From Azolla caroliniana (taxonomy: Eukaryota; Plantae; Polypodiophyta): a stretch of 64,000 bases of DNA. A program made the position numbers and the translations under genes. Below, piece after piece: positions 1-11,216 of this stretch. Positions within the stretch are counted from its first letter, which is position 1. The number at the start of each line of letters is the position of its first letter. Where the stretch lies: positions 7,502,001 to 7,566,000 of the forward strand of contig JBHGNT010000004.1 in assembly GCA_043228905.1 (NCBI GenBank), in the 5' to 3' direction. The notes under the pieces are model-generated. The model saw only the letters and a list, made by a program, of their open reading frames with translations. It had not been told where the DNA came from and ran no database searches.

Positions 1-171
1 CAAGGCTCGAGTCCGTCTCGATCCCTTCGCTCGGGGGTAGTCGGGTGGATTGACACCCTTCTTTCTCTCTCTCCTTTCTATCTATCTATCTATATTCTAT
101 CCTTACCTAATGCTTACATTAGTTCATGTCTCTAATAAGCAATGTTGTGGCAGTCATGATTGTAGAAGTCT

Positions 172-492
172 ATGGCCTTGTCAACCACAAAAGCAAACTA
201 TATGGCAGCGGTAGAGGCCGACAACGAGCTGATTTGGATGAGAGACTTTCTCAGCGAGTTGGGAATGAAGCAAAGGTATTTCTTGCTTTGTTTTGACAGC
301 CATAGTGCCATACACCTAGCCAAGAATGTTGCATACCAGTTTTGGACCAAGCACATACAGAGAAGGTATCGCTGGTTGCGGGAGAAAGTCGAAGAGGGAG
401 AGTTTAACCTCGTGAAGATCCATATTGACAACAATGGATCTAACATGCTGACAAAGAACCTACCGATGGACAAACTCAGAGTCTGTCGATAG
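172..492 (+). pseudogene. Ty1/Copia RNase H C-terminal remnant
   Basis: ALSTTKANYMA...DSHSAIHLAKN...TKHIQRRY...NGSNMLTK motifs; followed by PPT GAAGGAGGAG at 527-536. Confidence 0.9.
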
Positions 493-972
493 AGGACAAG
501 AATAATAGACCCCTCCCCACAGGAGTGAAGGAGGAGTTTGTTCCGAATATGTCCCTCCAGTGGGAGGAACCAATTGTTCACGCTAAGAAGTGCTGACAGT
601 CGAAGACTACGAGGAGCAAACTGCTCGGGCCGAGTACCAATGGTTGAAGAGTCGACTGTGAGAAAGTCAACTATGAGAGTTGACTAGGTGAGTCAATAGA
701 AAGGAGATCCAGGTCGAAGACGTGACTGACTAATCCGGACGGCTGGACAATCAACACTAGGGTCGACTGATGGCTACTTATTATTATAGATAATAATAGT
801 AGTGTTGTGTAGTAATGGCTACATTTGTAAATAGCCCATACAAGGTATAAGTATAAATACACTTAGGGCAAGTAGTGTTCGCAGAGAATGAGTGATGCAG
901 AACTGTGTGTGATCCTTTGTTGTAGAGAACGATAGAGAAGTGTGAGAACAGGAAGAGAGTCTGTGTGAGCGG

Positions 973-2382
973 TGTCGTGAAAATCCGTCAATATGTGCGG
1001 ATCGTGAGACGGAACCGCCGGGATTCTGGACTAGAAGGATTTAGAGCAACATGTACAACACAAGCAAGTTTTAAGCATAAGATAAGTGAGAGAGACAAAT
1101 CATTAGTTTATAACAAAAGAAAATCAATTTTTTGTAATTTCAGAATCGTGTTACAATAGGTTGGATATGGAAATGAGAGATTAATTTTTCAAAGAAAGGA
1201 ACCAACAACCATGCAAGGAGTGGTCCGATATGAATACGAGAGATAATTTTTGACAAGAAAGATCAAGTAAACAAAGCTAGGAGTTTGATATCAATATGTG
1301 AGATAATTTGTTTCTTAAATCCGAGAGGGAAGAAGAAAAGATGAGGGAAAAAAAAAACTAGGAGGGAAAAAAATGAGACATATATCGAGCTCCTCATTGA
1401 TCCTCCTCCCCAATGTTACTTTGCATCCCCACTTTTAGTTGGATGGCCTCTAGTTTTAGTTGCATGGCCTCTGCTTTTAGTTGCATGCTTCCATTTTTAG
1501 ATGCATGCCTTTTACTTTTAGTTGCATGGCCTTGGCTTTTGGTTGCATGCGATTGTCCGTATAATTCGGCCAAATGACACAATCATCCATAAAGTTTAGC
1601 CCGTACGCAATCCGTACATGTGTCGCAACCAAACCGTAGACGCGTCCGCGTGCAAAAGTCTTGACCGCGTAGTAGTGTACGCATCCACGGATGCGCGCAT
1701 CCCGACCGCACCGTAGTGTACGCATCCACGCATGCGCGCGTCCCGACCGCGCCGTAGTGTACGCATCCACGCATGCGTACACACGCGTCCGTCCGAAACG
1801 TGTACACATCCACGCACAAAAGTCTCGACCGCGCCGTAGTGTACGCATCCACGCATGCGCACACACGCGTCCGTCCGAAACATCCACGTATACGCGTGTG
1901 CGCACACACGCGTTCGCACGCTCGTCTGCACATACGCGTCCATCTGAAACGTGCACGCGTACATCTGTAGACGTCCATGCGTGCGTACATCCGAAAACAA
2001 CCATGCACACGTGCGTACGCTCGAAACGTTTCGTGCATACAAGCATATGCCCGAAGCATGCACACCACATAGTGTAGCCGAAGTCACCTTGAACATTCTA
2101 TGCTTCACACATTGATAGAATGAATATGTTTTGGTTTCCCTTATATATTTTGGGTTCCAATGTTGTCCTATCTATGTGGGATATCTCATAGTTTTGTCTT
2201 GTCTTTTCTTTTTTCTTCAAACTTCACACTCACATAACTTGATACTTGTTTATCCATTTTATGCGTAGTAAAATACGATATGAAGCTCTTGAACACATCT
2301 ATCTTTCCAAATCCATATATTAAACTAATCGTAAATAATTATTTTACTAGTTTTCATATCGTGTGTGAAAAACCACACGACA
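973..2382 (-). mobile_element. Gypsy solo LTR, same family as 7702-15720
   Basis: TGTCGTG...CACGACA termini; 4-bp TSD GCGG (969-972/2383-2386); reverse complement of LTR 14534-15720. Confidence 0.93.
1663..1900. repeat. CpG-rich tandem repeat (about 41-bp unit) inside the LTR
   Basis: Unit GACCGC..TAGTGTACGCATCCACG recurs at 1663, 1704, 1745 and about 1827. Confidence 0.85.
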
Positions 2383-2618
2383 GCGGTGCCATAGCCGTTT
2401 TTTGTAAGAGCTCTACATGGTGGATACACTCCACAGAGAGAGTGTTGTACTCTAATCCCGTCCTTGTATATCCACTATATATAGTGAAGCTCTATTCTCC
2501 ATGGTTTTCTCCCGCTTTAGGGTTTCCACGTAAAATCTGTGCACATTGTCTTCTCTGTTTCCAAACTGTGTATTTCAGATCATTCCATGATTGTGGATTG
2601 ACGATTCATTTCTCAACA

Positions 2619-2816
2619 AGTTGAACATCATTTTCTGTGTTGTCAAGTTCATTCGTAAATGGTTCAGGTTTGTACAATGAGGCCAATTCGTCAAAGACTA
2701 CATCCTGACTCACACGAACCTTCCGAGTAGAGGGGTTGAAGCATTTGTACCCCTTTTTCTATCGTGAGTAACCTACGTGGATATATTTCTCCGACTTGGG
2801 GATCTAGCTTTTGCCG
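2619..2816 (-). pseudogene. Copia integrase C-terminal fragment
   Basis: Reverse strand reads approximately QKLDP.SEK..VGYS...GYKCFNPSTRKVRVSQDVVFDE. Confidence 0.8.
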
Positions 2817-4228
2817 TGTTGAGATACAAGCTCAACATGAGATAAACGGCTAAAGGCCGATAGGCCGGTCGGCTGAAGAAGCCGACAACAGAGTCGACTA
2901 ATGAGAGTCGGTTGAAGAAACTGACAATTGAGTCGACTAATGAGAATTGGCTGAAGACGCGAACATCTGGTCGACCGAGGGATAGGTCTATTGGATGTTA
3001 GTCCCTATATTCCTATTAATAGTAATAGGAATATCTTTAGGAGTTTGTGTCAAATGTTCTTTATGAGCATTCAAGTACTGACAGTACTTGTGCCAGTCCT
3101 TTTGAGGTCTTGTATAAATAGTGCTCACGGAGCACATTTTGATGAGCAGAGTGTTGTTATTTTGAATTAAGTTTTGTTGTCTGCCCTTTCTGTCTCTGTC
3201 TCTCAATTTTACTATGTATTTTTCCATTCTCTATGTTTACTTAATTGTTGCCAGAGTTCAGCTCAATTGATTGTGTGTGTGTGCAAGCTTCCACATCTTA
3301 TTTTCTACATGGTATTAGAGCACGAGGATTAGAAGAATCCTCTATAGATGAGAAAGTGAATCAACACAGAGACGAAGAGTTTTCTTCCAAACAACAGGAA
3401 CATTAACAAGAACTTGTAGTCGATGCTCCTTGTAGAGGAGAACCACACGGGTGCGTCAACAAGCACGCACGCTGACAACAAGATGATGTTCACAGAGGCG
3501 GATCAACCTTGTGGTCGTGGTGGATGAGGTGGGTCAGCATGCAATGGAGGATGTTGACAAGAAGAAAACCAGAGGCACATAGGAAGTGCCGACAGTAGTG
3601 GAGTCTCCACGAGTAGGGGGGGTCAAGGTGGTTCCGGTAGCCGGCAAAACAAGGCCACCGATTGCTAGTATTGTGGTCAAAAGGGCAATAAGGAGAGCGA
3701 GTGTTGGAAGAAACTAACTCATTTGGACAAAGTTGGATCAAGCAAAGCCGACTTCGAGAGACGACCAAGTTCACACTCGTCGAGGGCTCAATGTGAGCCA
3801 AAATGGGCCATGCCTTCGTAATGAAGCAAAAGCCAATTCGATGAAGATGAGCACCTCAAAGCCGAATGAGGTATGGTATGTGGATTCCGGAGCTTCGAAC
3901 CACATGATGAACTATAAGGACTGGTTCTCGACTCTAGAGAAGCCGGAACAACTAGGGGTTTTCGAAACCGGGGACAATATCCCTCATCCCATCAAACACA
4001 TCCGAGACATACCTTTGAGCCATGTTGGCCAAAAAGGGATAATGAGGAACGTCTTGCATGTATCGACAATCACCAAGAACCTAGTGTCAGTCGGATAGAT
4101 AGTTGACCAAGGTATGCAAGTTTGGTTTACTTATCATGGGTGCTTCATTGAAGAGGAAGGAAAAATCATCGCACAAGGGCACTGAGAAGGGATGATGTTT
4201 ATATCGAGACAAACAACGTCGAGACCGC
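2817..4228 (+). mobile_element. Copia element A, 5' part: LTR 2817-3309, PBS 3310-3321, decayed gag/protease
   Basis: TGTTGAG...CTACA LTR; TGGTATTAGAGC iMet-type PBS; WYVDSGASNHM protease motif; coding continues at 48399. Confidence 0.88.
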
Positions 4229-4514
4229 TATCATGAATATCCATGTGTACATGTCAGATCGGCAAGACCACGAGAGTCTTGGAGTAGGGGGTCGGAGGAA
4301 GAGATGCTAGTAAGCTTGCAGTGGCTATCTATTTCATTTTCTGGAGTGCTTATTGAGTGCACGAGCTTGTAGAACCTATAACCGATCCGGCACTACCCCC
4401 AGATTCCGAAAAATGAGCACACGGGGCTCTGCTACATAGTGAGTAAACGCGACATAGAGGAGGGAAGAGCGACACCTCTGGACACCACATACAAGATACA
4501 AACGTTGACACCAC

Positions 4515-4547
<33 letters not shown>

Positions 4548-5095
4548 GAGAACGGATACAACAATACCAATAACGAATTAAGACTGAAAGAAAGGAGACG
4601 ACCCCTGACCGGCGAGCAGAGCTTTGAGCTCAACTAACACACCCATAGACTGATGAGCCTCGAGTCGGGAGCACACGGGCTTCCTACGCGAGCAGAGGTG
4701 TCACTCTCCCAACTGACTACACAGAGCAAGAACTAGAACATCGAGAGCACAAACCGACAACACCTTCCCCTCCAAAATGATGAATCCCTCTAACAGTCGC
4801 CTTCCCTCCCTTTTATAGCTCCAAGGAGAGGGAAGGTCGACGTTACATCAGGCTATTATCACAACGGTGTTTCTATCAGAGATCCTCCACCAGGATTTCT
4901 TCCCATCACTCATTGTTATTCCCTCTTTTTGTGGGATAATAAAAGTACCTATTAATTACGCTTTCATGTAGCTATTAATACTCCCTTTATTTAGTACATT
5001 TGTTTACAAAGGGGACTTTCATTTGCAAATGTGCACGTCCCCGTTTCCACGTAACCGATGGACCTTTCTCCTAATGGCCGGAATCCTCCACAACA
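4229..5095 (-). repeat. 3' LTR of Gypsy B; PPT at about 5096-5112
   Basis: Minus strand GGTTTGGTGGGGGTGGA precedes TGTTGTGG; same PPT as at 14517-14533. Confidence 0.85.
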
Positions 5096-5299
5096 TCCAC
5101 CCCCACCAAACCACACATCCTCCGTCATGTGGCAAGTAGTGCTGCAATGGATTATTCTTGATTGACCTTTACTCGTCCTGCTCCGATCCGTCGCCTATTT
5201 GGTCCTCCTCCGACTCCTCGTTTGCACCAACATCCTCTTCCTAATTAGGGTCCTCTATTTCCAGATCTGGTTCTACCTCCTCTCGCTTCTTGAAGACCT

Positions 5300-7701
5300 T
5301 GATCAATTTTCCCGCCACCGGCATGGCCATCCTCGTCTCATTCAGCTCCGCAAGATAATACGTGGCATTGTCGTTGGCACTCGTCACCACATACAGCCCG
5401 AACCACTGTCTTGCGAACTTCTACATCGTCTTGTGTTGGTTGTCGAGGTTGTTGTCATAGACCAACACCTTGTTGTCTTCTTCTATCTTGCTTGGTCGAA
5501 GTCGGTGCATCCGATCGAACCATTCCTTGTTCTTCATTCTCATCTCTTGTACCTTCTCCCTCACTCATTCCAGGTCCTTTGACCTTCTCTCAAGTTGTGG
5601 AATCCACGGGACCAGCAGCTCTGCCTGGCTCATCTTGTCCGTTCAATCGACTGTCATCCACGAGGTGATCGTCCTCTCTAGTGGCATGGTCGGATTCTGT
5701 CCAAACATGAGCTCGACCGGCATATCCCTTGTTACCGAACTATGCATAGTTCTATTGTTCTGTCAATAGTCGACAGACAGAATAGGTCAAACGTCTTACT
5801 ACCGAGAACATTCTATCAATATGATTGTGGTTGGAGAGATGGGTTGTGTTGACACTCACTCAGAGCTTGATATAAAACAATGGAGACTGAAAACCTAATT
5901 ACTTAGAACTAGAACATACAATCCTGATTGACAGTTAGTATAACATAATCGGTGTAGTAGAGAATATTTCAAACATTGGACACAATAAATAAGTAGAACA
6001 GTAAATGTGGAACAATAAAAGTAGAACATTCGACACAGTTAACATAGTAAATGATAGAACATTCAACGAAGAAATACTCCAACTACAAAAAGCTATATTA
6101 AAACCAGACTGAATGATGATGATACAATGCTCTCGGGCCCTTTTTATAGGCGACCTGAGAGTCTTTTCCAAGATTGTACAATTGTCTATTCGGCAAGAAC
6201 CTATAGTTATACTAAAACTATCCTATTTCTTAAATTACTATATTTTTATACTCGGCTAAAATTACATTTTCAAATCTGTCTTTCATACTGTCCGACTTCG
6301 AGACTCTGACTCTGACGTGTCAACCTTTATCCTTCAAGTAGCCGACTGGCTAACAAGTTTGATTGACCCACAACGCATATGACAGGAGTCGTGGCCAATT
6401 TCTGACTCGTCCATCACATGCTCACACAATCACCTTCACAATCAGTCTATATCCTCGCTCGCCCTTCCCATTTGCCGTTGGGTTGTATGCTAATGTGAGG
6501 GAGATTTTGACCCCTAGTCAGTCGAACAGCTACGTAGCTTCGGATGGTCACGTCCTCGATTAGGAAACGGCATATGGACGCGGTCGTCTTGTTCGTCAAG
6601 GCTCGTCCTTCCACCTGGTTCGTCAGTTCTTCCCTTGCCAGCACTAGGTACCTCATCTGGCCTACCCCTTTCGACATTGTCACCAAATCGACCGTCCACT
6701 TGAAGTGAGTGGCTGACGGGAAGGTCCGGTGTAGCTCGTTGTGGTGTGTCATCCTGAAATGTACCTAGCAGCTTTCACATGTCGTCACGAAGTGCTGCAT
6801 GTCATTGTACATCCCTGGCCACCAGTAGCTTTCCATGAGCTTCTCGAATGTGGCCCATGTTCCTCGATGTCTAGATTAGGGACTCTCTTGAATTTCAACT
6901 AGTAGTAACGACTAGTCCTCTTTCCGATTCACCACTCGGAGTGATGTGTCATTCCACTTCTTTGGATGTTGCCATATTAACCCGTCCTTCAGGAAGAACT
7001 TGTACGCCTTCTTTTGGATCTGACTGACCTCGTCCTTTAGGAAGAACTTGTACGCCTTCTTCCGGATTCGACTAACCTCGTCCTTCATCAATGTTACATC
7101 TGTCGTCATCGTGATCAGGAACCTCCCGATAAGAAGCCACTCTCCTTCATAGTTGTCCTCGTTGAGCATGTGCAGGATCGGAGTGCTTCATCCATTTATC
7201 AATAGTCGAGTTGAATAGAAGATGTCAACTCTGACTTCCTCATTCTCTGATACCATGTCGTCTTCTCCTTCATACCTTGTGCTTCATAACATATCGGCCA
7301 TGGTATTATCATTCCATGAAATGTGTTGTATTTCTGGATTCAGGGACTTAATATACACGATCCACCTGAGCATCACCAGATTCAGAGTCACGCATCCGAA
7401 AATCATTCCAAGGATGAGTAGATAATTTGCCTTGATTACACCTCCGCCCCAATTAGATAGTCCTTATCAGCCTTTACCGTCGAAACGATACCCTAGAGCT
7501 CCTGTTTTCCTTGGGAGCATCCTCGTCGCCGCTCACTCAATAACTTCGCCCTGAACCATATGGAGAATCGTGCACGACCTTCATCATCCTGGTTAATCAC
7601 CCATCTGATTCTGGTCAAACTCGTGTTGACCGTCACATAAATCAGGGACTCCTTCCCATAAACTATCATCCAAAGAGTTGGTGTCGTTGTCAACATCCCG
7701 T
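5300..7701 (-). pseudogene. Gypsy B RNase H-integrase remnants
   Basis: HFKWTVDLV...YLVLAREELTNQVEGRAL and KKAYKFFLKDG are homologous to ORF 11217..13661. Confidence 0.88.
5753..6355 (-). mobile_element. Solo LTR related to the Gypsy C LTRs
   Basis: Reverse complement reads TGTTAGCCAGTCGGCTAC...GAACAATA; 5-bp TSD AGTTC/AGTTT; interrupts integrase. Confidence 0.8.
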
Positions 7702-8811
7702 TGTCGTGTCAATTTTCACACACGATATTAAACTTAATAAAACAATTATTTAAGATTAGCTTAATGTATTCATATAGATAGGTGTCTTCAAGAGTGTCAT
7801 AGCGTATTTTACTACGCATGAAACGGATAAACAAGTATCAAGTTATGTGAGTGTAAAGTTTGAAGAAGAAGAAAGACAAGACAAAACTATGAGAGATCCC
7901 ACATAGATAGGACAACATTGGAACCCAGGATATATAAGGGAAACCAAAACATATTCATTCTATCAATGTGTGGAGCACAACAAGTTCAAGGTGACTTGGG
8001 CTACATTGTGTGGTGTGCACGCTTCGGGTATACGCGCGTATGCACGTCCGTGTTAACGCTTTGGGTGTATGCGTGTGTGTATGGCCACGTGGACGTTTTC
8101 GGACGTACGCGTGTGTGCGGCCGAGCGCGCGGATGCGTACACTACGCAGTCGGGACTTTTGCGCGTGGACACGTCTACAGTTTGGTTGCGACGCACGTAC
8201 GGATTGCGCACGGGCTAAACTTTATGGATGATTGGGTCATTTGGCCAAATTATACGGACGATCACAAGCAACTAAAAGCAAGCCCATGCAACTAAAAGTA
8301 AAAGGCATGCAACTAAAAATGGAAGCATGGAACTAAAAGTAGAGGCCATGCAACTAAAAGTGGACATGCAAAGTAACTTTGGGGACCTGGGATCAACAAG
8401 GAGCTCGATATATGTCCCATTTGTTTCATCTAGTTTTTTTCTTCTTCCCTCTCGGATTCGAGAAACAAATTATCTCACATATTGATATCAAACTCCTAGC
8501 TTTGTTTTACTCGATCTTTCTTGTCAAAAAGTATCTCTCATATTCATATCGGACCACTCCTTGCATGGTTGTTGGCTCCTTTCTTTGAAAAAGTAATCTC
8601 TTATTTCCATACCCAACCCATTGTAACACGATTCTGAAATTATAAAGAATCGATTTTCTTTGCAATAAACTAATGATTTGTCTCTCCCACTTGTCTTATG
8701 CTTAAAACTTGCTTGTGTTGTACGTGTTGCACTAAATCCTTCTAGTCCAGAACCTCGGCGGTTCCGTCTCACGATCCACACATAGTGACGGATTTTCACG
8801 ACATAATTAAG

Positions 8812-8829
8812 TGATGAACACGACGTGAA
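8812..8829 (+). promoter_or_regulatory. Primer-binding site, tRNA-Trp-like
   Basis: TGATGAACACGACGTGAA matches 16/18 with TGGTGAACCCGACGTGAA, the complement of the land-plant tRNA-Trp 3' end (recalled sequence). Confidence 0.7.
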
Positions 8830-8860
8830 AGAGGCGGTAGGAAGGATATCAAGTGCAACA

Positions 8861-11044
8861 ATGGCTTCAACAAGCGGAACTCAAGGAGAGGAATTAACAA
8901 AAGGCATGGTGTTTGTAGTGGAATACATGCTGAAGGTGAGAGACTGAGAAGCTTTAATCAGCAAAGCTATTGATCGTACAATTGAGATAGCTGGATGATT
9001 TGGTGGCAAGAACATCACGGATTTTCTTGCTACCTATCGGAACAAGATGCAACAAAGGGAAACCAATGATCTCAAACAAATTTCTAGCTTCAAACGTGTG
9101 GTGGAACCAAGGATCCGCGAGCGCATCATGGAGATCCAAAACGAGCATGCAACTTGGGTAGAGTTCAAAAAGGCGCTTCTCGCTGAATACATGCTTGAAG
9201 ACACATCATGGATGACTCGACATACACTAATGTCTTGGATCGAGAAGAAAGGGAAGAATATGTGTGCGTCTGGAGTATATGCCGAATTTGATCAGAAGTA
9301 TAACCGACTTCCGAGTGTTGATCAACGAGTTCTCGATGGAGATAAAGTCCTACTATTCCTGAAGGCAGTGGATGCGAAAGATTCGCGTGAATTGGGTAAC
9401 TTTTTGGAGGATGAAACACAACCAAATGGCTTGGTAGCAGACTAGGCAGCGGTGAAGAAGGCTTGTAGCCATCTTGATAAATGTCGACAATGGCAAGAGG
9501 AAACTGATATGGAGAATCCACAATCGTGGAGGAGGAAGGCGCCTATGATGATCGAGCCTAGCAAGCCGATCAACAATTTCGACAAGAAAGCGATGGAAGA
9601 ATCCATAATCGAAGAGCTCTCCAAGAAGTTTGAAGTGGTATCGTTGGCCAACTTAGGTCGACGTGGGCCCAAGGGAAAAGAAGCGTATAGATGTGTGTGG
9701 TGCGACAGCTTCGAGCACTCGCGAAGGGAGTGCACTGACTTGCAAGATGTGATTCGCAAGAATGTCGTCTATTTGGACGGCAACATGATCCACTCGAGTG
9801 AGACCCGAAAGCCACTACGAGTGAACTTTGGAAGAGGCAGGCTGAAAAAGATCGTGGAAGAGGAAGATGCAAGGCATTTGGAAGCCATGCACTACGCTGC
9901 ATTGGCAGGAATACGAGTCGGAAGAGAGAATCTAAAGACAATCAAGCCAGGAGTTGGGTTTAGGCCAACGGTATTTGAGTGTGAAAAGAAAGGAAAATTA
10001 GATTTAGAGGATCTAAAACATGCTGATCAGAATGTGCGACGAGTTACCGGATGGTCGGATCCAGTCGACGATAACACAAGCTTTGCGGAGGTTGTGTGTG
10101 ACAACTATGAAGCTCTTGTTGAAGAGAAGAGGAAAAGAACTGGTGAAGAAGATGGCACATCAAAGCATCATAATACAAGGAATGCAGGGAAAGAAGGACA
10201 AGCCCAACCTACGCCACGAAAAGAGATAGGAGAAACAAGCATGAAGCCCGGTGGATCGAGCCAACCTTCTCGGATGGAAGTCGATGAATCTGTGAAGAAA
10301 GGAAAGGAACGAGTGGCACTGACTTACAAGCTAAGGTCGGACATAGAACAAACAACCAACTTGCGAAAGGTCCTTGAGGAGAAGGTTTTAGACAGCCATG
10401 TCGACCTTACTTTGAGAGAGCTACTTGGGATCGCTAAGAAGGAGTTCCACGATATTATCGTGGACTTGATTAAGCAGAAGCGGCAACAATCGGATGAAGA
10501 AGAGGTGAAAACAAGTGCCATAACCATGGCAAGATCCAAAGAGGAGGAGGAAGAAGAAGTGATGGCGGACAACCATTACTCTCGGCCTCATTGGGCAAGA
10601 GCGACAACGGAGACGCCGGTGAAGATCGGAGAGAAGAAGGAGACCGTGGTAGCCTTGATTGACCATGGTTCAAAGATCAACCTCATGTCGACCGAATTCT
10701 ACAAGAAAGGAAGATGGCCGATCAACGCAAACCATGGATGGAAGATACGAGCGGCAACGAAGGCCATGGAAGACTTGTACAGAGCTTGCCCCAACGTTAA
10801 AGTCACAATTGGAGATGTGGAGATGGATCAACACTTCTTCGTGCAAGACTCGGCTTCACATCCCGTCATCCTAGGGCAACCATATATCACATCGTCCCAA
10901 ATGGAGACTAAGGTGTTCGATAATGGAGCGGCCTTCGCACGAGTCAAGCGCCTTGACAATCAAAGATATGTTCAATTCCCTACGGTGCGCGCTAATCACG
11001 AAAGGAACCGAGATAGCCTTGGAGGCGAATCCTCGGATTTTTAG
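8861..11044 (+). pseudogene. gag: Gag-protease ORF with internal stops (pieces 9047..9445 and 9452..11044)
   Basis: Zinc knuckle CVWCDSFEHSRREC; aspartic protease ALIDHGSKINL...ILGQPY. Confidence 0.88.
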
Positions 11045-11216
11045 AGCGGACTATTGAAGCGTGGGGCACAAATATTCCGAGCAATCATAAGTCCCCACAA
11101 GGAAGCGAAATAAGTGGATCGCAAGGAGAAGCAACATGTATGACACCTAGTGGTGTGCATGTAAACTAACACTACTCAACAAGAAGGACAAACGTCAAAT
11201 ACAAGACTTCGAGAAG

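Larger units (their letters stand above)
539..2618 (+). repeat. Copia 3' LTR, split by solo LTR 973-2382
   Basis: Starts TGTT just after the PPT and ends TCTCAACA; similar to LTRs 27008-27635 and 31715-32345. Confidence 0.85.

Noticed and set aside
1-140. Unassigned sequence with CT/CTAT microsatellites
   Set aside because: Truncated by the window edge; probably an inserted repeat end, but not supportable.
1477-2108. Several overlapping 130-200 aa ORFs (also 49104-49996, 7918-8295 and 14751-15148)
   Set aside because: They arise from stop-poor GC tandem repeats inside LTRs, are open in many frames and have no protein motifs.
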